Assembly: GCA_964543575.1 (NCBI GenBank)
Contig: CAZIYV010000001.1
Location: forward strand, 1,408-65,407
Length of the DNA stretch: 64,000 bases
Source: an uncultured Pelotomaculum sp.
GTDB taxonomy: Bacteria; Bacillota; Desulfotomaculia; Desulfotomaculales; Pelotomaculaceae
Direction of reading: 5' to 3'
Below, in pieces: positions 9,220-18,132 of the stretch; positions within the stretch are counted from its first letter, which is position 1; the number at the start of each line of letters is the position of its first letter. A program made the position numbers and the translations under genes. The notes beneath the pieces were generated by a model. The model searched no databases, had not been told where the DNA came from, and saw only the letters and a list, made by a program, of their open reading frames with translations.

Positions 9220-10386
9220 TTAATTATTGAAATTAGCCAGCCATAACCCAAACTCACCCAATTTTTCTGATAGTTTTGAAGGATGATCTATATCCCCGTA
9301 TTTTAATATTAGAGAACGTAAAATGGGACGGTTAAGGCCTCGGAGGACAAAATCTGTCTGGGAGTCTGAAAAATTGCTAAAAACCTTTCTGTACCGGAGA
9401 CCGATTTTTATTTCACTACCAATTTCTTTTTCCCATAGGTTTTGGTATAGAGCAAGTTTTTCTTCGGAAAAATTTTTCTGCTTTAGTGAACTTATAGCGA
9501 CAGTCGCGCAGTGCCTCGCGCACAGGAGACCAAAATAAAGGCCACCCCCGGATATAGGTTTAACCTGGCAGGCAGCATCGCCAACAACCATTGCGTTCTG
9601 ACCATAAGTTTTTTTTGGAAAGCCTAAAGGGACAATACCCCCTGTTTGCTGTTTTATTTTCATGTTTTTGAAGAATTCAGGGTATTTAGCCGCAAGCTGT
9701 TGAAAGCAAAGAAGAGGACTTATTTTATTATCGAATACACCTGCTCCTACCCGTGCGCTTTGTTTGTCCAGAGGAATAATCCAACCGAACCAACCAGGAG
9801 AGACCGGTTTTCCAAGGAAAATTTTTACCAATTCACTTTCTTTACTTGGCAGTTCCACTTCTGCCGCAAATAATTTAACTTTTACTTTTGGCGAAGGCAT
9901 GCCGATAAATTGTGCTACCAGAGAGTTTACTCCTTCAGCGCCGATTATTAAGGGTGCTCTAAACAATCTATGCTGATCACCGGAGGTTGTTTTAACAACA
10001 ATTTCAGATCCGCTCCTTTCAAGGCCGGTTGCGCGGGTTGAAACCAGTACCTCCGCTCCGGCGTTGACCACCTGCAAATACAACTGGCGATCAAGTGAAG
10101 GCCTATCTATAGCAAGGGCATATACTCTATTGCCTGTAAGCGGCATAACCACCCCGGAAGGTGAGTAGACCAGTGCGCCTTTAAGCTCGTTAATAACTAT
10201 ATCATTATTAACGCCTGCCAGCTCAAGTACGCCGGGGCTGACCAGCCCGGAGCACTGCAGCGGTTTCCCGATATCAGGATGTTCCTCAAGCACAAGAACG
10301 CTGAATCCACCAAGGGCTATATCCCTCGCGACCGACAGGCCTGCCGGCCCCCCGCCGAGCACAACCACGTCATAATCCATTAGCAT
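9220..10386 (-). CDS. Geranylgeranyl reductase family flavoprotein (archaeal DGGGPL-reductase-like)
   Basis: VVVLGGGPAG, PLQCSG, IDRPSLD, PGWFGWIIP and GDAACQVKPISGGG motifs. Confidence 0.88.
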   Translation of the reverse strand: MLMDYDVVVLGGGPAGLSVARDIALGGFSVLVLEEHPDIGKPLQCSGLVSPGVLELAGVNNDIVINELKGALVYSPSGVVMPLTGNRVYALAIDRPSLDRQLYLQVVNAGAEVLVSTRATGLERSGSEIVVKTTSGDQHRLFRAPLIIGAEGVNSLVAQFIGMPSPKVKVKLFAAEVELPSKESELVKIFLGKPVSPGWFGWIIPLDKQSARVGAGVFDNKISPLLCFQQLAAKYPEFFKNMKIKQQTGGIVPLGFPKKTYGQNAMVVGDAACQVKPISGGGLYFGLLCARHCATVAISSLKQKNFSEEKLALYQNLWEKEIGSEIKIGLRYRKVFSNFSDSQTDFVLRGLNRPILRSLILKYGDIDHPSKLSEKLGEFGLWLANFNN

Positions 10387-10433
10387 ATACCATCCTTTGC
10401 CAGAGTTCCAGTTAATTTAGAATTCTAATTAAT

Positions 10434-10565
10434 ATCATATGTGATTTGACAGGCTATAGTTACCATATTTAGCCGTATGGAATCATGTCCCAAAACAAAT
10501 TTGTTTTTCATTACATTAAATGTTTATATTTCTATCGAACTATTTTTAGTGCCTTTGAATAATAT
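10434..10565. promoter_or_regulatory. Divergent pair of sigma-K-type promoters
   Basis: Minus strand: AC-N17-CATATGAT (10434-10460) for the reductase. Plus strand: AC-N17-AATAATAT (10539-10565) for DUF1616. Confidence 0.55.
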
Positions 10566-10624
10566 AGATGAGCCAATAAATTGAATGTGGTTAAATTACT
10601 CAATAGAGGAAGTGGAGAACCGGC

Positions 10625-11086
10625 TTGAAGTGGCTGGATAAAATTATTTCGATAGTGTTGGTAGGCGCTATTTTTTTTGTTGTTGGCAGCATTTACTACG
10701 TGAGTACCGCAGCCAAGACAGGGGAGATGTTTACAGAGTTCTATATCCTGGGTTCCGGTGGCAAAGCCGAAGGTTACCCCCGGGAGATGGTACAGGGCGA
10801 GGAAAAAGAAGTAATCATAGGCATCGTTAACCACGAGTACCGGACCGTAACCTACTGTATAGAGGTGCGCATGGGTGATTACCTGAAAAATTACAAGCGT
10901 TCTTTAAAAATAGAGCATGAGCAGAAGTGGGAAGAATCGGTGTCCTTTAGTTCTGAAGAGCCCCATGAAAACCTTAAGGTGGAATTCCTGCTGTTTAAAG
11001 AGGAGGATAATGAGCCCTACCGCTCGCTGCATTTATGGGTGAATATACGTCAAAAAACCCCCGCCCTGTTAGATGGGGATTATTGA
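10625..11086 (+). CDS. DUF1616-domain membrane protein (C-terminal part only)
   Basis: One TM helix, then FTEFYILGSGGKAEGYP, IGIVNHEY and PYRSLHLWV, which are characteristic of DUF1616. Confidence 0.82.
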   Translation: MKWLDKIISIVLVGAIFFVVGSIYYVSTAAKTGEMFTEFYILGSGGKAEGYPREMVQGEEKEVIIGIVNHEYRTVTYCIEVRMGDYLKNYKRSLKIEHEQKWEESVSFSSEEPHENLKVEFLLFKEEDNEPYRSLHLWVNIRQKTPALLDGDY

Positions 11087-11850
11087 AATCCGTAATTATA
11101 GATAAACACTGCATTTACCTGTGGGTGTACGTTTTAGCCATCAGTGCGGCGGAACTGGTGACCACTTACGTCAACCCCATGTATGGCATCATCTGCCACG
11201 TGCTCCTTCTCATCGGGTTGCTGACGCACGCTGCCCTGACTTTCCGGGAAAAAGTCAATGTCGTATATTCGGCCCTGGGTCTGGTGCCGCTGATCCGGAT
11301 TATGAGTCTGACCATGCCTCTTGTGCGGGTACCCCCTATCTACTGGTACCTGGTGATCAGTGTTCCCTTGTTCGCCGCCACGGCTTCAGTGGTCCGGCTG
11401 GCCAGTTTTAAGTCCCGTGATATCGGCCTGATCGTGGGTAACCTACCCCTGCAAATGACAATAGGTTTACTAGGAGTGCCGCTCAGCTTCATGGAGTACC
11501 AGATCTTGAAGCCAAGTCCTCTTGTAGGTGAAATGACTATTCAGCAACTCTGGCTTCCCGCGCTGGTCCTGCTGCTAAGCACCGGTTTTTTAGAGGAGCT
11601 AATCTTCCGGGGTGTGATATTCCGGGCTGTAGTCATTGCATATGGCAGTTTTTTTGCAACCCTCTATACGTCTTTTATCTTTGCTATACTACACACCTTT
11701 CACCGCTCTTTTGAGGATTTAGTTTTTGTCTTCGTTGTTGCTTTAATCTTCTCTGTAATAGTAGACTCCTCCCGGTCAATTTTGGGGGTGTCCCTGGCTC
11801 ACGGTCTCACCAATATAGGATTGTATCTGATTTGGCCTTTTTTGTCGTGA
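11083..11850 (+). CDS. CPBP-family (Abi/CAAX type II) intramembrane glutamic protease
   Basis: Start refined to TTG 11083, overlapping the DUF1616 stop. EELIFRG, FAILH and HGLTN motifs; multiple TM helices. Confidence 0.9.
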   Translation: MKSVIIDKHCIYLWVYVLAISAAELVTTYVNPMYGIICHVLLLIGLLTHAALTFREKVNVVYSALGLVPLIRIMSLTMPLVRVPPIYWYLVISVPLFAATASVVRLASFKSRDIGLIVGNLPLQMTIGLLGVPLSFMEYQILKPSPLVGEMTIQQLWLPALVLLLSTGFLEELIFRGVIFRAVVIAYGSFFATLYTSFIFAILHTFHRSFEDLVFVFVVALIFSVIVDSSRSILGVSLAHGLTNIGLYLIWPFLS

Positions 11851-11904
11851 TATTTGGGAATGTGACAATAGGTAATAATATTAAAGAAAGGAGGAATCAG
11901 GGAA

Positions 11905-12180
11905 GTGATTTCCACGGTTACCACGATTACTACTACCACTACTACTGCCAGCACCGTCACCATGGCCACAGCTTTTACAGCCGTGCTGGGGTTGCTTGCT
12001 GCTATCACCCTCATTGTCTTGCTTATCGTCAAAGAACTGGCAGGAGCCGCGTCAGAGTCCTCGTCTACCCCTGAATTCACCCTTCAAGGGGCGCTTGACA
12101 GGGTTTTGAATGTAGGCATCGTTCCCCTGCTGATAGTTTTTGCCTTCATTGTCGTAGTAAAGGTTATGGATATTCTATAA
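11905..12180 (+). CDS. Small Thr-rich two-TM membrane protein
   Basis: Strong SD AAAGGAGG before GTG. 13 Thr and 2 Ser in the first 25 aa, followed by two hydrophobic helices. Confidence 0.85.
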   Translation: MISTVTTITTTTTTASTVTMATAFTAVLGLLAAITLIVLLIVKELAGAASESSSTPEFTLQGALDRVLNVGIVPLLIVFAFIVVVKVMDIL

Positions 12181-12346
12181 CTATTAAGTCATAAGTTTAT
12201 GAATTAAGGGTGCCATCCGGTTTTGCACTGAAGGGGCGCCTTTTCTTCTTATGGCGTGGGACAAAATCCATATATATTTAAGCTTAACTGTGAAGCCATT
12301 AATTAAAAAGATATCTTCATATTGCCATATTGTTAGTTATACAGTA

Positions 12347-12377
12347 ACGAATTCTTTTCTTTTTCATAAACTATAAT
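12347..12377 (+). promoter_or_regulatory. Candidate promoter for the main glycan operon (sigma-K-like, with an overlapping TATAAT)
   Basis: AC-N16-CATAAACT; TATAAT at 12372-12377. Confidence 0.4.
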
Positions 12378-12399
12378 ATGTGGCTGGAGGTGGATATTT

Positions 12400-13032
12400 T
12401 TGAAGCCTAAGCTTGAACAGATTCCATTAATACCGCAAGATATTTTAAGCGCTCAACAAAAACAAATTTATAAACTATACTGTCAGGGGCTTTCCAACAA
12501 AAAGATTTCAGAAGAGTTAAATCTGGAACAAAGATCAGTTGCAACCCAGCTATCGCGTATTAGAAAGAAAGCAGCAAACCTCGGTTTCACATACAAAATC
12601 GAACAAGGGGCGGAGTATGCTCAATATCAGGTGCAGCAAGATTCTCCGGCTGACGAATTTAAAAAGAAAATCCAGAATGATCCGGGATTTTTTAAATTAA
12701 TGTTTAACAGATACGGCAAGAACGAAAATTCTCAAAAAGAAAATAGCTACAGGCTTGCTTCCACCGGCCAGGACACGGCGCTACTTTTAACCGTAAGAGC
12801 AAAACAGGTAAAAACTATGGTAGTATCCAGCAAAGGTTCAAGCCTTGGTAAAATAGCGGTAAAAATGGGGAAAGATGCTCGGAAGGTGCTGGGAGACTAT
12901 CTATATAAACAAAAAATCAAACCATTGCAGACTTATTGGGATGACGGCAGCGCGGTTTATCTGGTTACACCCGTTGATTTTAAAAAAATGCAACAACAGT
13001 ATAACCAGGAGTGCAATAATCAAATCCTGTAG
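12400..13032 (+). CDS. LuxR/GerE-type HTH protein with unknown C-terminal domain
   Basis: LSAQQKQIYKLYCQGLSNKKISEELNLEQRSVATQLSRIRKK fits the LuxR C-terminal HTH; GGAGGTGG SD. Confidence 0.75.
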   Translation: MKPKLEQIPLIPQDILSAQQKQIYKLYCQGLSNKKISEELNLEQRSVATQLSRIRKKAANLGFTYKIEQGAEYAQYQVQQDSPADEFKKKIQNDPGFFKLMFNRYGKNENSQKENSYRLASTGQDTALLLTVRAKQVKTMVVSSKGSSLGKIAVKMGKDARKVLGDYLYKQKIKPLQTYWDDGSAVYLVTPVDFKKMQQQYNQECNNQIL

Positions 13033-13055
13033 TTATTTACTATGGGGGGGTATCT

Positions 13056-13778
13056 ATGAATTACCATTACCAAAAAGAGAATATGCAAGGGAAAAGGCTC
13101 GTTTCTTTTGTTATACCAGCGTTAAACGAAGCGGAAGCAATTCAGGATGTAGTAAAAGCCATACCCAAAGAAATGATGGCGGAACTTGGATACAAAACTC
13201 AGATACTTGTAATTGACAATGGCTCTACAGACGGTACCGGCGAACTGGCGAAACAGGCTGGAGCAGATGTGGTGCTTGAAGAGCGAAGGGGTTATGGCCG
13301 GGCATATAAAACAGGATTTGAGATGGCAAAAGGTCAGATAATAGTAACGGCTGATGCTGATTTAACTTATCCAGTAGAAATTTCCCCCGAACTTGTAAAG
13401 TTACTTGAGGAACAAGAATTAGACTTTATTACGACAAATAGATTTTCAAAAATGGAAAAGACTGCTATGTCAATCCGTAATAAAATCGGGAATAGAATTC
13501 TTAATCTGACAACGAGGTTGCTTTTTTTTGTCGATTTAGAAGACTCCCAATCAGGAATGTGGTGTTTTAGAAAAGATATTCTAAGTCAAATAAAACTCAT
13601 ATCTGATCATATGCCCTTTTCACAGGAATTAAAAATAAAAGCTATAGGTAGTAAAAAGCTTAAGTGGCTCGAGGTGCCTATTGAGTATAGATGTCGGGTA
13701 GGTCAAGTAAAGTTAAGCGGGTGGAAGGACGGCTTTTTAAATTTCCTGCACCTTCTAAAGCTCCGGTTGGATATTTAA
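13056..13778 (+). CDS. DPM1-like polyprenol-phosphate glycosyltransferase (GT2)
   Basis: VIPALNEA, IDNGSTDGT, RGYGRA, TADADLTYP, DSQSG and EVPIEYR motifs. Confidence 0.88.
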   Translation: MNYHYQKENMQGKRLVSFVIPALNEAEAIQDVVKAIPKEMMAELGYKTQILVIDNGSTDGTGELAKQAGADVVLEERRGYGRAYKTGFEMAKGQIIVTADADLTYPVEISPELVKLLEEQELDFITTNRFSKMEKTAMSIRNKIGNRILNLTTRLLFFVDLEDSQSGMWCFRKDILSQIKLISDHMPFSQELKIKAIGSKKLKWLEVPIEYRCRVGQVKLSGWKDGFLNFLHLLKLRLDI

Positions 13779-13810
13779 CACCACATGGGATACCGGAAAT
13801 AGGACATAGG

Positions 13811-14785
13811 ATGTTGACGATGATGAAGATAAAAGTTTCCATAGTTATTCCCACCTTGAATTGCGCTGAAGTATTGGAGCAATGCTTAATCTCCATACGC
13901 CGGAATATTTGCAAATATGATTATGAAATAATCATTGTTGACGGCTCGAGCCGGGACGATACTGTTGCTGTCGCCGGCAAGTACGCCGACAGGATACTGA
14001 TTGAAGAGACATTTTTCAGGGGTGTTAACCGGAATAAGGGAGTGAAAGCTGCCGCCGGGGAAGTAATTTGCTTTACCGATAGCGATTGTGTTGTTCCCGA
14101 AAACTGGATAAACACTTTAGTGGACTGGTTGATTGAGCTAAACAAAAAAGATTCCAAAATAGTTGGCGTTGGAGGGGGTAATTTACCCTTTGTTCCCCCA
14201 AACGCTGATACCAAAGAATTGGCCATATCCTGCACATTAAGAACGCCCCTTGCTTCCTTCGGCGCAAGAAATATGGTGGAAAAATATGATAAACCGGTGG
14301 AAGTAGACCATAACCCACCAGTGAACTCCGCCTTATTCAAAGAAAAAATCCTGGAAGTTAGGGGTTTTTGCGAAAAAAACAATATCGGCGAGGATTTGAT
14401 CCTTGATGCCAGATTAAGAGCGAAAGACTATAAATTGTATGCTGTGCCAGGCTGCGAGGTTATGCACAAACATAGATCCGGCTTTGAAAAACTGATTAAA
14501 CAAATGTTTGCTTTCGGGCAGGCAAGGGTGAGGACCGGCAGAATATACCCATCGTTTTTCTCGTGGTACCATTGGGGTCCGGCCATTCTTTCGTTATTGA
14601 CTTTAAGTCCCTTAATAGTTATCCCATTTTTGCTTAGTTTAACGAATGGAGCGTATGTAATATATAAAAACAAAAGGCCCCCTCTTTTTTTTTACGCTTT
14701 TGGTGTAACCTGGAGCACTTATTTTTTTTATGGGCTGGGCGAAATTATTGAATTTATTAGGAGAAAAAATAATGCCAATTGTTAG
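13811..14785 (+). CDS. GT2 glycosyltransferase with C-terminal TM helices
   Basis: VSIVIPTLN, VDGSSRD, FTDSD and GED motifs. Confidence 0.88.
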   Translation: MLTMMKIKVSIVIPTLNCAEVLEQCLISIRRNICKYDYEIIIVDGSSRDDTVAVAGKYADRILIEETFFRGVNRNKGVKAAAGEVICFTDSDCVVPENWINTLVDWLIELNKKDSKIVGVGGGNLPFVPPNADTKELAISCTLRTPLASFGARNMVEKYDKPVEVDHNPPVNSALFKEKILEVRGFCEKNNIGEDLILDARLRAKDYKLYAVPGCEVMHKHRSGFEKLIKQMFAFGQARVRTGRIYPSFFSWYHWGPAILSLLTLSPLIVIPFLLSLTNGAYVIYKNKRPPLFFYAFGVTWSTYFFYGLGEIIEFIRRKNNANC

Positions 14786-16268
14786 AGTTCTTTTTCTTAA
14801 TCCTCCGTCAATTTCAAAATTAGATACAGCAGGTGCGAGATTTCAAGCCAGGAGAAAGGCCAATACATTGTGGTACCCTATCTGGCTGGCATATGCCGCC
14901 GGGGTTTTGGAAAATGAATTCGAGTCCTTTTTAATCGACTGTCCCGCTGAGGGAATTAAATTGCCTGATTTGACCGGCAAACTGGCTCAAATAAGGCCTC
15001 AGGTAATAGCGGTATATACAAGCACTCCCGGTATTCAAAATGATATCAGCATATGCCGGGAGATACACAATCACCTTGGAGATGTTAAAATTGTTCTGCT
15101 CGGCCCTCATGTTACAGTGTTGCCTGAAGAGACCTTGCTGCTTTCAGAGGCAGTGTGGGGTGCGGCCAGGGGGGAATTTGAATATACCATCTTGGAGTTG
15201 GCCAGGTCGGTGCGGCAAGGAGACGGTTATGAAAATATCTTGGGACTGAGCTGGAAAAATGGCGTCGATATAATCCACAATCCACCAAGGCCCCTGCTTG
15301 AGAACCTGAACGGCCTTCCTTTTGTTGCAAAGATTTATAAGAAGCATCTCAATATATCAAATTATTATTTGTCCTTCGCTCTTCATCCTTATGTATCCAT
15401 ATATGCCAGCAGGGGCTGTCCTTCCCATTGCACATTCTGTCTCTGGCCCCAGACCATAAGCGGTAACAAGCCCCGCTTGAGGACCCCCGAAAATGTAGTG
15501 GCTGAGATGGAGTATGTGTTGCAAGAGCTACCCGGCGTTAAAGAAATATTCTTTGACGACGATACCTTTACCGCACACCTGGACAGAGTTCATCAGATAT
15601 GTGACTTGATCAAAGAGCGGAATATAAATATCAGCTGGTCGGCAAACGCCAGGGCAAATGTGGATTTGCCCACCTTGCAGAAAATGAAAAGCGCAGGGTG
15701 CCGGTTGCTGGTTGTAGGTTATGAGAGTGCAAACCAGGAGATTTTAACAGCCATTAAAAAGGGCGTAACCTTAAGCCAGATGGAGGTGTTTACAGAAAAT
15801 GCCAGGAAAGCGGGCATTATGCTGCATGGAGCATTCATCATAGGATTGCCCGGTGAAACTAAATATACGATCAATAACACCATTGAGTTTGCTAAAAGAA
15901 TGCAGCTGGCAAGCGCACAGTTTTCCATAGCCACTCCTTTGCCCGGAACCGGCTTCTATCAATGGTGCCGTGACAATAATTTCCTGAAAAATGAACAATA
16001 TGACGCGCTGCTGGATAAAGCGGGGTATCAAAATTGTGTGGTGGAATACCCAGGGCTGAGTGCGGAAGAGATAAGCGAGGCTGTGGACCGCGCAACCGAA
16101 ATTTTCTATTTCAGACCACGCTACTTATTGACCATGCTGAAGCAAGTGGTTCAGGATTACCGGGAATTGAAAAGAATACTGCTTGGTGGGCTGGGATTTG
16201 TAAGTTATTGTATTCAACGCCGGTGGAAGAAATACATAAAGACCACACCGGAGGATGACGCGACTTGA
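14772..16268 (+). CDS. B12-binding radical SAM protein (HpnJ-like)
   Basis: GARFQARRK..LWYPIWLAYAA N-terminus, GPHVT, SRGCPSHCTFC (CxxxCxxC) and FFDDDTF. Confidence 0.88.
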   Translation: MPIVRVLFLNPPSISKLDTAGARFQARRKANTLWYPIWLAYAAGVLENEFESFLIDCPAEGIKLPDLTGKLAQIRPQVIAVYTSTPGIQNDISICREIHNHLGDVKIVLLGPHVTVLPEETLLLSEAVWGAARGEFEYTILELARSVRQGDGYENILGLSWKNGVDIIHNPPRPLLENLNGLPFVAKIYKKHLNISNYYLSFALHPYVSIYASRGCPSHCTFCLWPQTISGNKPRLRTPENVVAEMEYVLQELPGVKEIFFDDDTFTAHLDRVHQICDLIKERNINISWSANARANVDLPTLQKMKSAGCRLLVVGYESANQEILTAIKKGVTLSQMEVFTENARKAGIMLHGAFIIGLPGETKYTINNTIEFAKRMQLASAQFSIATPLPGTGFYQWCRDNNFLKNEQYDALLDKAGYQNCVVEYPGLSAEEISEAVDRATEIFYFRPRYLLTMLKQVVQDYRELKRILLGGLGFVSYCIQRRWKKYIKTTPEDDAT

Positions 16269-17539
16269 ATATATGCGTAATATGTCCTGAAATCGGAAAT
16301 CATCAAGGCAATGCTTTTATAGGTGGAGGGGTGAATAACGCCGTTCGATTAGCAAAAGGATTGACGGCCAGGGGGCACCGGATTACCATTATCACCACCA
16401 GCCACCGTCACCCGGGGGAGCAGCCCGCCAGTCCTAAGGACGGGGCCGAAGTTCACTGCCTGCTGGTCTGCGGCAGGTATTTATCGTTTGTCTACGGTTT
16501 TCTGTTTGCCGTAATGGCGCTTTTAAAGGTAAGAGCGCTTCACCATACAAAAAATTTCGATATTGTCCATGTTCATTCAGGCTATGCCGTTATGGGCCTG
16601 CTCACTGCTATGCTTAAAAAAATCACCGGCATTCCTGCCGTCCATACGCTTTATTGCGCGCCCGGCAGGATATGTGATACCCGGAAAAGGCAAGCAGCGG
16701 CACTGCTTTCCCTTTCATGTTTGGCCAGGATATATTTGAGGAGCATAGATAGAATTATAGCGATCAGTAATAATATTTACAACTCTTTGCTCAGTATAGG
16801 CTTGCCGGTAAACAATCTGGCCTTGATATCCCCAGGCATAGATATTAATATTTATAATCCCTGGATTAAAACCGGAATAAGAGACCAGTTCATGTTTGCG
16901 CCTGAGGATCCGGTAGTGCTGTATATAGGCAATTTAAGTGAGAAAAAAGGTTTGCGTATACTCATAGAATCGCTCTTTATAGTGAAACAGTACTATCCTG
17001 GCGTAAAACTTCTCATGGTGTTAAACATACCAGTTAATATGTACCACGGGTTGAATTGTTGCCGCAAAGAAGATGATTGGGCTAACCTCAAAGAGATAAA
17101 AGAAAGAATCATGGAGTACGGCTTGAACGAACAGGTGATTCCTATCGGCTTTATACCTAATATGAATGAAATCATGTCGGCCAGTGATGTTTTGGTCCTT
17201 CCCTTCCTGGATATCTCCGGTATAGCTGATTACCCCATCTCGGCCATTGAGGCCATGGCCTGCGGAAAACCGCTGATAGCAACCAGAATCGGCGGAATCC
17301 ATGAGATAGTAATTCACCGGGAGAACGGTTTGCTTGTGAATCCCGGGGATGTTTGCGAGCTTACCGATGCAATTCTATATTTACTGAGTAATAAACAGGT
17401 GGCACAGAAAATGGGGGCGCGGGCTTTTGAACTGGCTTCCAAAAGATTTCGCCTGGAAACCATATTGAATCAGTATGAAAGTATTTACAGGGAGGTTGGC
17501 GGATTACATCATCATGATTGTGGCGATTGTCGGGATTGA
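16265..17539 (+). CDS. GT4 glycosyltransferase
   Basis: DIVHVHS, KKG and IEAMACGKPLIATRIGGIHEIV motifs. Confidence 0.9.
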   Translation: MNICVICPEIGNHQGNAFIGGGVNNAVRLAKGLTARGHRITIITTSHRHPGEQPASPKDGAEVHCLLVCGRYLSFVYGFLFAVMALLKVRALHHTKNFDIVHVHSGYAVMGLLTAMLKKITGIPAVHTLYCAPGRICDTRKRQAAALLSLSCLARIYLRSIDRIIAISNNIYNSLLSIGLPVNNLALISPGIDINIYNPWIKTGIRDQFMFAPEDPVVLYIGNLSEKKGLRILIESLFIVKQYYPGVKLLMVLNIPVNMYHGLNCCRKEDDWANLKEIKERIMEYGLNEQVIPIGFIPNMNEIMSASDVLVLPFLDISGIADYPISAIEAMACGKPLIATRIGGIHEIVIHRENGLLVNPGDVCELTDAILYLLSNKQVAQKMGARAFELASKRFRLETILNQYESIYREVGGLHHHDCGDCRD

Positions 17540-18131
17540 TGGATGCGGTAAAACAACCCAGGCGCAAATGCTGGTGGAGAGACTCAAATGTACCGGCTAC
17601 GACGCGGTATATGTCCGGCCTGTGTACGCAATATTGCGTTGCCTTACCGGCGGGCAAAATTTGCATGCGCTACCGGTCAGCCCCAGAAAGATACGTGTGT
17701 CCAGAGCAAGTTCAGGGTTTGGCAAGCTGCTCTTGCCGGCTTTGGGTGTCGCCGGCTATTTTTATGCCTTCGCATCGTATATTTTTATTAAATATTTATT
17801 GGGCCGGAACAAAATTGTTGTTTGCGACAGGTACTTCTACCAGTTTTTCTACGATAACTTTGGCGGTTTAAGCAAAACCATGGCCGGGCTGCTTCCCAGA
17901 CCCGGTGTTATATTCTACCTTAATAGTGAAATAAACGTTTTGCAGGCGAGAATGACCAGTTCTTTTGATGTTGAGGTTGTCCAAAGCTATTACAGGTCTG
18001 TGATTGAAATGTTGAATGCTCTGTCGGTAAGACACGGCTTTGTTGAAATCAATGCGCAATTAAACAAAGAACAGATTAGTGATGAAATATTCAACTACCT
18101 GTGTAAAAAATTAAATTTTGGGGAGCGATAG
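17514..18131 (+). CDS. Thymidylate-kinase-like P-loop kinase
   Basis: GIDGCGKTT and VCDRYFY motifs, with an internal hydrophobic insert. Confidence 0.8.
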   Translation: MIVAIVGIDGCGKTTQAQMLVERLKCTGYDAVYVRPVYAILRCLTGGQNLHALPVSPRKIRVSRASSGFGKLLLPALGVAGYFYAFASYIFIKYLLGRNKIVVCDRYFYQFFYDNFGGLSKTMAGLLPRPGVIFYLNSEINVLQARMTSSFDVEVVQSYYRSVIEMLNALSVRHGFVEINAQLNKEQISDEIFNYLCKKLNFGER

Positions 18132-18132
18132 G

